DNA of 63,591 nt, counting the filler, from Octopus bimaculoides (Eukaryota), in the NCBI RefSeq assembly GCF_001194135.2. It is 8 parts of 7 records of this genome, joined end to end, with 100 filler letters (N's around TTAATTAATTAA, not from the genome) between each part and the next. Parts side by side here need not be neighbours in the genome. Positions count along the whole stretch, not along the records: positions 42,744 to 53,054 come from NC_068981.1; positions 53,155 to 63,591 come from NC_068991.1; 6 more parts are not named here. One strand, written 5' to 3'. Below are positions 48,401 to 61,871 of the stretch, in pieces (within the stretch, counting starts at the first letter, position 1; every line of letters starts with the position of its first letter). The position numbers and the translations under genes are program-made. The notes below the pieces were generated by a model. It was given only the letters and a program-made list of their open reading frames with translations, was not told where the DNA came from and ran no database searches.

Positions 48401-51400
48401 TGACACTATTACAAGGGGCTTCGAATATTAAAAACAATATATTCAGAACAGTCACTACCCATGAATTTATTCAGAACGATTTCAGTCATTGGATGGTTGC
48501 TAGATATAACATTTCTGCGCTTTTGTCTAGCTGTATGTAGAAAATATAGAACCTGTTGAGAGAAGATGAAATGCAATAACTTTTGTTTAATAATTTGTAT
48601 TTCTTAGAGAAATATAAAAATCGTTGTACTTAAATTTCTTAGAAAAATAGGGAATTAATTATCTCTAAATTTCCTTTTTCAGGTCAATGTTACCCACAAA
48701 CAAGATATAGATGGGATTACCTTTCTTTTACTTTCATTTTCACTCCTCTTTCTTCACCTTCCATCCTATGTCTTTCTTTTAGTCGTAGCTTTCCTTCCAC
48801 CGTTCTTATTTAATTACCGCCTTTGAATGCCCTCTAGCATCAAAATCATAATTAATCACTCCTTTGCTTACATATTCTCTTACTCTATTTTTCCGCCTGT
48901 ATAACGTTCGTTAGTTTTCTCTTTTGCCCCTTCTCTCCCCCTCTCCCTCGCATGCTCGCTCCTCTCTTCCACTTTTTTTTCTTTATCTTACGATAAACGA
49001 ATTACTTCTTAATATTCTTTCACCCCAGTTCACTCTCGGCTCATGACGTGTTTAGTATCCTCACCAGTACACATTGTTTAGACATGAGTGACTTTTAAGT
49101 GTCTGACAATGGCGACAAGCATTCTAAACTCAATTATTTTTATTTTTCGTGTTTTCTTTTTATAGGACACTCCTCTGTGACATAGCGGGTGATCCTTTCT
49201 TGCGACGAGGCATCGGGCGGACATAATCCCTATTGCCTTCCATATTTAGCAGGACATTTCCTTTCTTATTCTCTTTTTTACTTTCATTTCCTTCCATTTT
49301 CGTTTCATAATTGTTTTTTCATTTCTGTTCTTTTTCCATAGTATTATTTACTTATCCCACCTTGATCGGTGACATACATCCATACATATTGACATGTGTG
49401 CGTGTGTGTGTGTTTGGATATATATTATATACATATAATCCATGTGCTTATGTATGTGTTAGTATATATATGTATGTGTTAGTATATATATGTATGTGCG
49501 TGTATGTATACATACACACACACATATGCATAAATACGCAACACTCACGCACACACCCACAAGCATATAGTATGTGCACATAAATTGTGTATTCATGCAC
49601 ATGTTCGCACTCATATGTATATATATATTCATACATTTTGTATAGACACGCATACACACATACATACATACATACATACATACATACATACATACATACA
49701 TACATACATACATAAACATACATATGCAGGCACAATATGTTACTGAGTATTTATCTCTGTAATTTAGTCATCAGCTTTACATTACAGATAATGTTTCTTA
49801 TCCTCTATACACATTACATTCAGTTACATATCACACGTGTCAGCGCATACACGCGTGTCCCCGTTTCTACCTATTTCTTTACACACACAGGCGTATGAGT
49901 GTGTCTTCTTATGTTGAAAACCCTAAAACTAGAATGACATAATGTTTGACAACGAATGATTGGATCACTTTTAAGAAATTAATGGGTCCTTTGACAAGTA
50001 TATAGACAACTGTGCACTTGCCGAAATTTCGATTTTGGTAAACCTCCTCAGCGAAGCATAAACGAATCAGTACTTGTCAGATTCTAGTTGGTCGTGATAC
50101 ATCAGGATATTAAGTGAATAAAACAAAGGATGCTACACAACTTTGTTGAGTTACAAATTTAATATATTTAATGCATTCTTCTGTATATCAATGATAAAAA
50201 CTTAAAATCACGTTTATTTAGTAACTCATTCACGCGTTAGGATATCGCGTTGTTACGCTCCGATATTTATTATTCAGTACAATCGCACGCACTAACACAG
50301 TTGTCTTCTTCAGTTCTTGGGAAGATGAATAAAATGCTTAATAGCCATGGGCAACTATTATTTTCGCCTCACTGGATATTATGTACTATTCTGAGAATAA
50401 ATGTTCCATGTATTAAATATGCTTTTCAATATTTAGGTATATTGGGTATATTGAATCTAACATGGCCTGTTCAGTTCACCTAAAGAACAGACCCCGCATT
50501 ATTAAACTATCTTTTACACAAGACAAGTAAACAATGTTTTCATCGTTGATCCAATATATTTTGATAATCTTATTTAAAATCTAGTGTTAAACGACAGGTA
50601 AGTTAGTATATGAAACAGTTCTCTAAATTTGATTATATGGTAATTATTAGAAACCGCTTTAAGCTAATCAAAGAAAAATACGTTGTCACAACTTGTCATA
50701 TTCTTGATACCGTCCTATTCTTGATACCGATGTCTTGTTTTACAGTAACATTTTTAACCAACACGAGGTTGGTAAAGTCGATTTAAGAGATTCACCAGTT
50801 ATATATTGCTTTTTATTTTGTCGAGTTCAATGATTTAAATGTTATGTCAACACCACGAATATTAGATCATGCAAAATTATCGACAACTATCAACAGTATC
50901 ATTGCTATTAACACATTGCTTCTAACACATGCTTCTAACACATGAGGTATTAAAACATGCCATTTTATTTGTTAAAAGTGAACAGATTATGTGGCGTTCA
51001 TGTCTCTCTCAGATAAATTAACTAATAATTTTCTGAACATTAAAATTAGTCTAGAATTAATTCCCTTCTCGCTTATTTATTTGTTTATTGATTTCGTCTC
51101 ATCACCCAGTATTTTAGAATGCTGATGGTGTTAAGGAACTTCAAATTTGTAACAAAAGAAGAAAAATGCAATAAAAACACCCAGAAGTTTATTTCAATTT
51201 TCTTACATTTATATTCTTTTTACAGCTTCTGAAAAATTTCATTTTCGTATTTATTTTTGTTTTAGCTCTAAATATTTGATTAAAATGTATGAATTATTGA
51301 AGTAGTTTGTGTTCTTGTTTTCTACCATTGAACATATCTGAAGGTGTCGTGTGGGGATTGAACTCCCTGTGATCTTGGCGAATTCAAAGTCTCATGTGGA

Positions 51401-52149
51401 GTCGTTTCCTATTCTACATTAGCTGCAAGTAAGGATTTGAACTCAACACTGTAAACTTAAAAAAAACCTACTCGTTAATTATGTAACATTCCTAGTGCTT
51501 GCAGCAGTAAGCTATAATAGTCATCATATCTAATTACAGAAAGATGAACTGAACTATTGAACATTTAGTGTCTTAGTCGTTAGTTCATTAACGCAATGGT
51601 GATAGTATATGAACTATCGATTCCTTGGCCAATATCGATGTGGCTGACTGCAACATTCAGAAATATTGACAATATAGACGATCTTTAACTCATAGTTTGT
51701 TACTGAAATGGACTGCAAATTTATTTCAGGGTTACTGACGTCATATTAATTTTGAAAATCATTCATTGCTACCAGTGCTTAGCTCCGATTTCGGAGAAAT
51801 CATTATCACCCCACCCCACGCCATCGGGGAAAGAATGCTGCGAATGACGTGAGCTTGAATGTATATAATTAAATGTTCTGCTCAGAGACACAAAAAAGAT
51901 ATGAACTCGGAAAATGGAAGGTGGTAATTCTATCAGTGGCCCACTGAGCACCCCACCATTAATGTAACATTTATATAGTTAAGCAAAACGTTAAAACGTA
52001 TTACATAACTTATGTAAGATGATAAATGATATGTCCTAAAACTCTATAATGGAATTAGATTATTTGTTATTCTATCTATGTATTGGGTTATATCATAAAT
52101 AATGCAGTTTTTAATACTTCTTTTATTTTACAAAATTATGATAAACAAA

Positions 52150-53050
52150 GTTCTTCTTTAATCTAAACATACTCTCCTTCATTTTCTGCAATGTACTTCC
52201 ATCTATCTGGTAGACTTGCAAGGCCCGTCTTCCAAAATTCACTTGTCCGTGACGAAAAATACTCCTTCAATACTGTTCTGACCTCGTCTACGGAATTCAT
52301 ATTTTTACCGTCCAAATACTTTTGAAAACTGCGGAATAAATGATAATCAGGTGAGGCAATATCCGGCGAATATGATGAGTGGGGCATCGTTTCCCGTTCA
52401 AACTGCTTCAGCCCGGGGTGCCGGTGTTTCTCCTTTCCCTACCTACAGTCTTCGGTGCTTGACATTGTTATAGAGAACCCATTTCTCGTCACCAGTCACT
52501 ATTCGGTTCAGAATAGGTTCATTCGCGAGATGTGACAGCAAAGAGAAGCACACATTCACTCTCTGCGCGCGATTAGACTCGAAAAGTTTGTGAGGAACCC
52601 GTTGACCAATTTGCTGACTTTTCCAATGGCACGCAGGTGTCGATGAATGGCTGAATGATTAAATCCAAGCTTCTCTACTGGTTCATCAACAATTACGATG
52701 TGATTTTGTTCCACCAGTGTTTGCAGGATGTCCTCGTCGAGCTTTACAGATTTTCCAGGACGAGGCTTGTCTTCTGGGATGTAGTTTCCGGCTCGGAATT
52801 TCTGGAACCACCGTTGACACTGGCTTACGCTTATTGTCCGATCCCCATATACATCATTAATAGTCCTCGCACTTTCCGTTGCGTTGTTGCCTTTATTGAA
52901 CTCATAAAGCAAAATATGCCGAATATGCCCCTTTGTCTCTTCCATTATAGCTTTGAAAAACATAACTGTTTTAATCGAATTGCACTCTTCAAAATTTGCA
53001 CTAAGAATGAGGACAAGGTAAAATTACTACCTTCTTTTATAAAAAGTTGA
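52150..53050 (-). mobile_element. mariner element, internally deleted
   Basis: HIRHILLYEFNKGNNATESAR..QRWFQKF, IVTGDEKWVLY, then a jump to PHSSYSPDIASPDYHLF; the middle catalytic D region is missing. Confidence 0.88.
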
Positions 53051-53469
53051 TGTANNNNNNNNNNNNNNNNNNNNNNNNNNNNNNNNNNNNNNNNNNNNTT
53101 AATTAATTAANNNNNNNNNNNNNNNNNNNNNNNNNNNNNNNNNNNNNNNNNNNNATATATATATATGTATGTATGTATGTATATATATATGTGTGTGTGT
53201 ATGTATGTGTGCGTGTGTGTGCGTGTGTGTGTACCAGGTGTCTAAACTATAGTGATATCCGTGGGGCAGCTGATGATGAAGATATGTTGGATTGTTGGTA
53301 TGGCTGTTTATTGTATGTAGAGAGTAGTTTTATAAGATATCCATTTGATATATACAGATAGATAGATATATTGATAAATAGATAGAAAGATAGATAGACA
53401 AATAGATAGATACATACATATATACACACATACATTCATACACGCATACATACATATATATATATGTGT

Positions 53470-53526
<57 letters not shown>

Positions 53527-54113
53527 TATACATATATGTAGATGTATGCATATATATGTGTTTGTATTATGTATGTATGTATGTATGCATTTATGTATGC
53601 ATTTACGGTGGTATTTCCTCTGATGATGATATATATTGCAATCATTCCATAGTGCTGTATAGCTGTACCTACCAACGGTTACATAATATACTCTGCTAGA
53701 AACACGTTGCAAAAAAATAGCTGCGTCTCAGATTACATAAGTCATAGGCACAGACTAAAGCATTATAAAGATTCTATGAAATTAATTTTATGTAAGAAAG
53801 ATTATATGCATTTTATGTTTTCGTACAGTAATTATTATGTCTATAGCTTGAGAGGCCTACAAACTGGAGCATCATAATTTCACACTTTGTTGGCTTCATC
53901 GACTTTAATTCAGGCTGCACCCATTAACTATTTCTTATAATTTTTACGTATCACTGACAGGTTAACAGGGCGCTAGGTTTGTAGAATCGCTAGTGTGTTA
54001 GACAAAAATCCTTCTGAGTATTTAGTTAGGGCTTTTTAAGCCGCGGTTTCAAAACCTGCTGAAATCAAATTTTTATCTTTTTATTACTTCGGGTTCAATA
54101 AAATAATGTACTA

Positions 54114-54791
54114 CAGACTGTCCTCATTTAACGACCGAGTTATGTTCCAACAGCCCCGTCGTTAAGCAAATTCGTCGTTAAACGAATATTCATAGGGTAC
54201 GTATTTTTTTTTTTATAGGTGTAGTGTACTGTACGTACATATAAAAAAAAACACCGTACTGTATAAAGTATATGCAGTACAGGGCCAAGAATCACTAACA
54301 TAAATTGTTGAAAAATAAATAAGTAACAGTAAGATTATCACAAGGTAAACCTTAAAAGTTAGGATATGGATACTGTATTATTGTAGCTCAGACATCGTAA
54401 GTATGTTTGTGATTCCAGGCCCAGTACATAAGATGCCTAATAAACTTTTCTCAGGGTTATATAGAAAAGGTGAAAAGGTTTAAAGGAAACTCAAACATAA
54501 TAACTTTATTTTACTTTGGATAAAGATTACAAAAGCAACTCATTCTTGACGTCAAAATGCATGAAAAATCCCATCAGTGTTGTTTGCTTTGTTATCTTCT
54601 TTTTTTCGTCATAAATTTTTCGATAACATCGGAAAAGTTCAGTTGTCTGCCTTTCCACCTTGGAAAATCGCTCAAAATTTGGATCTATCGCATCAAGTTC
54701 TATTTTGTAAAATATGTAATGACGGCTCGTAAAGTTCGTCGTAACTCCGAGTGATCGTTAAATAGGTAGGTCGTTAGATGAGGACAGTCTG
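54114..54791. mobile_element. Tigger/pogo-like MITE (678 bp) inserted into a family B SINE
   Basis: TIRs CAGACTGTCCTCATTTAACGACC and GGTCGTTAGATGAGGACAGTCTG; TA TSD on both sides. Confidence 0.9.
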
Positions 54792-55700
54792 TAGTTAAGT
54801 TCAGATGCTTTTCGGCCGACCCCAATAAAATGTCTTATGCCTATGTTAGAAATAATTATTATGCAGTGTGATAAACAAATGAACTCTTAAATAAGTGCAG
54901 AATATGCTAAACAGGGCAAACAATCTCTCTTGAATCCTATCCTAATGCTCTGTCTTTAAAAGAAAGAAAGTCATATTGAAAAATGTAGTCTGAGATCAAA
55001 TATGTTTGAAAAGACGGGCGTGTCACGGTTGGAATAACTTTGATCATATTGTTGCTGCTGTTGCTTTTTCTTCGTTCTCCTTCAAGCGGCAGCAAGCGAA
55101 ATGCATCTCACAATACTACGGCAAGAATTTCTGCCCCCACCTCACGGATTAACTTTGGTAGATTTTGAATTTCATGCCGCGTGTCAGTGCCAATGACATC
55201 AATATAGATGAGTAGTGTTCGGCCTCTATTGAGGATTGGATGCCTCCGAAATATTACATTTGATATGACTTGGTTTTGAGCTCGATGCCTCATCAACTGT
55301 ATGATGCGCAACAGTTGTTAATATCTCTTGAGAATGACGCAGCCAAAGTACGTTTGTTTCTCAATGCAAAGAAGACTTATAATATATAGCTTATATAAAT
55401 TTATTACACCGAGCCAACAAGAAAGTTGCATATAATATTTCTGATGATCAAAATAACAGCACGCCGCTAGCATAATCTCTCTTTTAATTTTGAGGTAAAA
55501 GTTTGGGTAAATTGAGTTTCTCTGTGTAAGACATGACAAAATAAAATATGAAGAACACACATACACACACATGCACACCTAGGGGTGGATGTTACTGTTG
55601 CTTTTAGCCCCAGGAGGACATATCCTCCAGCTGGCTTATCGACACACTACTGTGTCCTGTTTGCCAAGGGAAGTTATCCCTCCCATCATGATCTGTAGCA

Positions 55701-55745
55701 CGAACGGACCCGGGTTTCAGGGTTATTTCCCTTCGTCAGCGTCCG
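55701..55745 (-). ncRNA. Type I minimal hammerhead ribozyme, fully intact, predicted cleavage 3' of GUC (55707)
   Basis: CGGACG CUGACGA AGGG AAAUAA CCCU GAAA CCCGGG UC CGUUCG: 6-bp stem I, 4-bp stem II, palindromic stem III. Confidence 0.82.
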
Positions 55746-57254
55746 ATAGCCACTGATCTTTGATGAGAGAGACAAAATCTTGGCAATCTTATATCTACTT
55801 TTCCAGTGAAATTCTTCACTGATATCGAAAAGGTGAAAACAAGCAACGTTAATATATATACATATATATACACCCATATATATACACCCATATATATACA
55901 CCCATATATATACACCCATATATATACACCCATATATATATATATATATANNNNNNNNNNNNNNNNNNNNNNNNNNNNNNNNNNNNNNNNNNNNNNNNNN
56001 NNNNNNNNNNNNNNNNNNNNNNNNNNNNNNNNNNNNNNNNNNNNNNNNNNNNNNNNNNNNNNNNNNNNNNNNNNNNNNNNNNNNNNNNNNNNNNNNNNNN
56101 NNNNNNNNNNNNNNNNNNNNNNNNNNNNNNNNNNNNNNNNNNNNNNNNNNNNNNNNNNNNNNNNNNNNNNNNNNNNNNNNNNNNNNNNNNNNNNNNNNNN
56201 NNNNNNNNNNNNNNNNNNNNNNNNNNNNNNNNNNNNNNNNNNNNNNNNNNNNNNNNNNNNNNNNNNNNNNNNNNNNNNNNNNNNNNNNNNNNNNNNNNNN
56301 NNNNNNNNNNNNNNNNNNNNNNNNNNNNNNNNTATATGTACATGTGGATGAACGTATATACATACATGTACATATATATGCATATACTCATATATTGTTT
56401 GTATCACGACAGAACGCACGCGTTACCTTTATACAGTAAGTTTTTAACTATTTTTCTAACGCGACTCTCTTTATTTCTATCTCCCCCTCTCATTCTTCCC
56501 TCTACTGTTCTTCGCCTCTACCTGTCACTACCTCTCTCTCTCTCTCTCTTTCTCTATCTCTTGTTACTCGTCCTTCGCCTCTCACCGTTACTACTACTAT
56601 CTCTCTCTCTCTCTCTACCTCTCGTTGTTCACTTTTATTCTACTTCCTCCCCCTCCTTTTCCCTCTGCTACTCTTCTCTTCATACAGCCTTGGTCACGTG
56701 TGTGCGGCTGCTACTTCTTTTCGTTCTTGGAATCACCAAGCTCGCACGTACTTCTTTTCCCCTCCTGTACTTGCTTCACAGCGTTCACGACATACACACT
56801 TCACGTCTGGCTGTACAGCCTTTTTGTTTGTTTATTTCACCGTTTCGTTTTCCTGTCTTGTTTTCCGTGTGTGTTGTGCGTGTGTATGTGCGTGTGTGTG
56901 TGTGTGTGTGTGCACGTGTGCGTGTGTGTGTACTGCTATAATATAGAGTTAACACAGGAAATTTGTCTTCATTTTCTTTTTTTGACTAATTGAACTTTTG
57001 TTTATTTAATTTTATTTCTACAGTAATAAATACTTTTCTTTCGAAAATTATAAATCATTTCATCAGTTTGTATTGGCACTTAAATTTGATAAGGAAAGCA
57101 ATGTGTGAAAACATGATACATCCCAATAAATAATGCACCTTTGCGTGTGATGGCTATACTTCTTTAAGTTACATGTGTTGCCACTAATTTCACTAATTAT
57201 CTAAATATCGCACCCGAAGCGACCGTAGATTAAAATTCCAGAGTGCATAACATT

Positions 57255-57672
57255 TACAATGTATATGCAAATGTGGGACGGCACTTGCGTGTTACAAACA
57301 CAGGGCTTCGCTCTGAACGTCGGTGAATCGCCAGACACACGGATTTCGATCTGATTTAGTATCCTCAGTAACGAATTCCCCATGCATCCTGAACTAAGCT
57401 TTAAAAGGCTTTTTTCCAATATAGAAATCAATAAACATAATATTCATTAATTTGTGCAAATGCTAGCTCGGTCAGGATTAAATTAATACACTCTTAACTC
57501 AGAATGAACGGGATTTTCGTCACTGAGGAACCAAATCAAGTCGAAACACCATTTCTGGCGATCCGCTGGCATTCTAAGCGAAATCTCGTGCGTGTTTCTA
57601 AGGCACAAATCTTTTAGATGTTTCTCTGAGACAAAATATGACAGTGCCGTTCCATGTTTATATACATATAGA
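57255..57672. repeat. Divergently oriented pair of a hammerhead-like repeat (motifs at 57325-57378 minus and 57511-57564 plus)
   Basis: Both copies read TCGTYA CTGAGGA ..AAATCA..TC GAAA .. TGGCGAT, and both continue with AGCGAA..AGTGCCGT(C/T)CCA..TATACAT. Confidence 0.6.
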
Positions 57673-57774
57673 TTTTATACGCACCGATATTAAAATAGTT
57701 AAATTTGTTAGCCGTTAATAGGTAGTTACACTTATATATGTAATATATATTTAATGTCTTTCATCTTTTACATG

Positions 57775-58326
57775 TTTCAGTCATTAGATGCGGCCATGCT
57801 AGAGCACCACCTTCAGGATATTTTAGTCGAATGAATCGACCCAACGCTTATTTTCTTTTTAAGCCTGGTACTTATTCTGTCGGTCACTTTTGCCAAACCG
57901 CTAAGTTATAGGGACGTAAACACACCAACACCGGATGTTAAAAATACATACATAACCCGATACAAATGTTGGTTAGCTGGTTGTTTGATTTCTCCAGTCA
58001 CGTTTTACATAGTACAGGCGGTGAGGGACAAACCGAGGCATATATATACATATATATTATATATATTAATATATATTATATATATTATATATGTACACGC
58101 ACAAACATACACACACACGCATATATATGTGTGCATGTGTGTGTTTGTGAGTTTATATAAACATACATACGACGGGCTTCTTTCGGTTTCCGTTTACCAA
58201 ATCCACTCACAAGGCTTTGACCGGCCCGAGGCTATAGTAGAGAGCACTTTCCCCATGTGCCACGCAGTGGGACTGAACCCGGAACCATGTGGTTGGAAAG
58301 CAAACTTCTTACCACACAGTCACGCC
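57775..58326 (-). mobile_element. SINE family A, full length with an internal microsatellite
   Basis: Head GGCGTGACTGTGTGGTAAGAAG..GGGTTCAGTCCCACTGCGTGGCAC; tail TGACTGAAACA. Confidence 0.85.
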
Positions 58327-60265
58327 CAAATACAACTTGATAAGTAAAGCACGGTCGCATTGTCGAATACAGGGTCTTTGATTTCACGTATACTAACTAC
58401 TATGAAAACAAAGATGTTGCATGTTAAGAGTGTGAACTTGTTAAACTAAAGAAAAAGATTCGAGTACCGAAGTATGAAGAAAGAGTTAAAAATAGGACAT
58501 GATTTTTCAAGTACTTAATAGTACTCAATTGCACATCGCAGGTATGTATATTGTCTAATACATCACTTTTAATCCTTAATCCTTCTACTTCTTTATCACT
58601 TTGTTGCTCATTTCCTTTAGTGATTTTTATCAATTTGCATTTAGAAATCATTATTATTCAATAGAGAAACGATTATACTATTGATTATTTAATGCGATAT
58701 GTCTTTAGAAGTAAAGTCAGTTTGAAGCAAATGCTTTAATCAATGGACGGACGGTGGTTATTCTACTTATCACTCATATTTTTTCTATACAATTCAATGT
58801 ATAACAAAGAAAACATAATGTATGACAGTAGCAACAACGTACGTATCAATTTCACTAATGAAGCTAATATTATTACGACTAAATGTATTTGATCCGTGTT
58901 AGTATGTAAGATAATAGGTTGTGAGGCTCATTTGCTTTCTGTTTTCGTATAAAGCAGCTTTAAAACGGCTTAAGGCTCCTTTGCTTAGATCTGGTTTTAT
59001 GAAATACAAGCTTAAAAGTCTCACTCCGTGCGGACTTTTAAGTTAGCTCCTGCGGAGGGCTTATTGGGCCTGCGGCCCCAAACTAAATGAAGTTAAATGG
59101 TATGACTATAGTACGTCTATAATGACTATATGCTCCGGTGGTGTTAGCTCAGAGGTTATGGACTGATGGGAATTAATTCTGTGATGCAATCATTCTATTG
59201 TTCCAGTGAGTACACAACTGGTACTTATATCGACTTTCTCTTAAATCAAATTCTGTAGTGCTAGGTCAGGTACTAGGGTCGATGATAACGATTACTCCCT
59301 TCTGAAAACCGTTGGCCCTGTGACTATACTAGAAACAATTATATCGAATAAAGGATGCTAAAGTCAACCTCGCTACGATTTGAACTCCGAACATAGAACC
59401 GATGTTCTAGAAATTTTGTCAATCCACAATTCTTATGTTATCATTGTCAGAGAGATGAGAGACTGATCTGATCCTCGGCTGAATTTAAACTCCGAATGTG
59501 GTGAATGAATGACAGCAAAACATCTGCAATGCGTTTATGCAATGCTTGGCTCCGATTCTAGTGTATTTTGCTAATTTGACGCCATATCGAACGTAAAATC
59601 ATGGATAAGGAAATAGCAAATTCATTTTGCTGATGACAAATAGATAGCGATAAATAGTAAACAAACATCTGTAGTATCTGGTGTATACTGAGTAAGATAA
59701 AACTGTGAGTAATCCTGCAGAGAAAATAAGATGATTGTAATCAGTACCACATTTAATAGAAAAATACATAGAATTGCTTAATTTATAGTTTTTTCAGGCC
59801 ATTCTGATATATAATGATTAGATGTTAATCAACATAACATCATTGATATCATTAATTGTTATGATAACTGTTCTGATTTTTTCTTTTGGTTTCAACAGAG
59901 GGTGAAGTGTCTGGGCAAAGAAGAGAGAAGTTATATTATTGAGATTGAGGCCTGAAGACCTATAGTATGCTTACAACAAAGTGTAATCTTCTAAAAGCAG
60001 CTAAAAGTCATGTGACCAGGCGGCGGATTACGTCAACACCCAAGACTTCAACAATTCTTTTACACAGACATCCACGGGGTTTCCATTTAGCAAATTCATG
60101 ATGCTTTTGGTCTGCTTGAAGCTACGTACAATACACGTTTCCAAAGACACCTCGCTGTGAAAGTGAGCCTGAAAATACGTATCTATGAGGTAGATTTCTT
60201 AGCCAAACCGCTATGACTTTGTGTGAGTCTTTTTGAGCTGGCCAGAACACAATTTTATACTAACA

Positions 60266-61871
60266 CTAGACTACATGTTACCCGTTGGGACACTAATAGT
60301 TCAAAGTACCCCAAAAAACCGCGTATCTCGGGAATCCGTGGTCCGATTTAAGCGAAACATGTGCTATTCTGTTTGTATTCACATTTCGATGGTACCTTAC
60401 TTTCAAAGTATTTTCCCCATTATACACCGGTTTGACTATTTATAAAGGTACCCGAAAAAACCGCGTATCTCGGTAACCCGTGGTCCGATTTACACGAAAC
60501 TTGTTTCATTCCGTTTGTATTCACATGAGCATCCGATTCATGATACCTCCTGCTTTTGTTTCTTTCCTTCTGGTTCGTCAGACGCTCAGCTCTCCAAGCG
60601 TCCGATTCTTGATCTCTCCTATTTCTGCCTCTTTCTCTCTGTTCCGCCAAACGCTCAGCCCTTGCTTTATCAGTCTCATCGATCCTTCTATTCATATGCT
60701 TGACCCGATCTTGGGTAAATATTTCGTAAAAGACCCGTTCGTACTTCGGTGTGAAATAAATTTTCCCACAGGTTTATCGAGTGCATTCAACGTATCTCAC
60801 TTCCAAACCTGCTGCAAGCCACTTTCTCCCGGAAAATAAAAGGGTGGAGAGGTGGTGGGAACCTCGGAGTTTCCTGGGAAACTCTGAGTTTCCCATCAAC
60901 GGAGTTTTGTTTCGCGGGTTTCTTTTCCTTTTCAGATTATATCGCATGCTTTCAGTGAATGGGACATCGAAATCAGGCGTAAACGGCGTCTTTCCCCCAG
61001 AAAAGGAAAGATTTGACTGCTATTTCTAGCACACCCTGCTACCATGTAATAGCTATTTCGGGTCCTTTATTGCAAATCGCAGTTACGTGATAGCAGGGCG
61101 TGCTAGAAATCGCAGCCAACTCTTTCCTTTTCTGGAGAAAGGAGCCGTTTACGTGTGAGTTCGATGTCACATTCGTTGAAAGCATGAGAAATAACCTGGA
61201 AAAGAAATGAATTCGCAAAACAAAACTCCATTAGTAGGAAACTCCGAAGTCTCCACCATCCCTCCACTTCTTTCATTTCCGAAAAAAGTGGCTTGCGGTG
61301 TGTTTTGAGGTCAGATACGTTGAATGGACTCGAAAAAACATGTGGAAAAAATCATTTCACACCGAGATACAAACTGGTCCTTTACGAAATATTTACCTAC
61401 ATTTTAATAATTAAAATATTGTCTGTTTAAAGAAAACTGAAATATGAATACTCACGGTACAAACAACTTGTATTTTTGAAATCACATTCTCTTAAAAATA
61501 TTTCTAAATATTGTGTTTAACAAAAACGAAAATAGAAACAACTTGTACTTTTTCGTTGGCAAGTTGAAGTCACTAAGTCTTCTGCCAAGGTCGTGAAGCT
61601 TGTCTTCAAAATACAGAAAGCATTTATCATAATCGAAAGGTTAGAGTTTCTTCCCTTTCAGGGTTATGTCATTGTCGGAGTATTTTCCCATTATGCACCA
61701 TTTTGGGGTATTTATGAATACCCCAAACCCGACCCCATATCTCAGGAATCCTTGCTCCGATTTACGCGAAACTTTCAGGGGTAACTTAATTCATAGTATT
61801 TTCCCATTACACGCCAGTTTGGCTGTATTAAATGACAGACAAGCAAACAGAGAGTTTTAGTAGTGTATAGA
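60266..61871 (-). mobile_element. Apparently complete non-autonomous Helitron (~1.6 kb) at an A|T target
   Basis: 5' end A|TCTATACACTACTAAAAC..TGTTTGCTTGTCTGTC at 61871; 3' end CCCAACGGGT..CTAG|T at 60266-60269. Internal RepHel N-terminal-like repeats ETDKARAERLAEQRERGRNRRDQESDAWRAERL (60500-60695). Confidence 0.75.
60714..61397. repeat. ~680-bp imperfect foldback (arms 60714-61049 and 61083-61397, 33-nt loop)
   Basis: Outer 17 bp GGTAAATATTTCGTAAA and TTTACGAAATATTTACC are exact complements, and homology is traceable along the arms to CCCTGCTACCATGTAA and TTACGTGATAGCAGGG. Confidence 0.92.

Noticed and set aside
50020-50068. Minus-strand CUGAGGA-stem-GAAA hammerhead-like motif
   Set aside because: No valid NUH site with a matching stem I; at best a heavily decayed relic.
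55108-55311. 67-aa ORF with faint resemblance to a LINE RT motif
   Set aside because: Too weak to assign.
59899-59955. Strong plus-strand acceptor followed by RVKCLGKEERSYIIEIEA*
   Set aside because: No homology recognised and no partner exons; cannot be told from chance.
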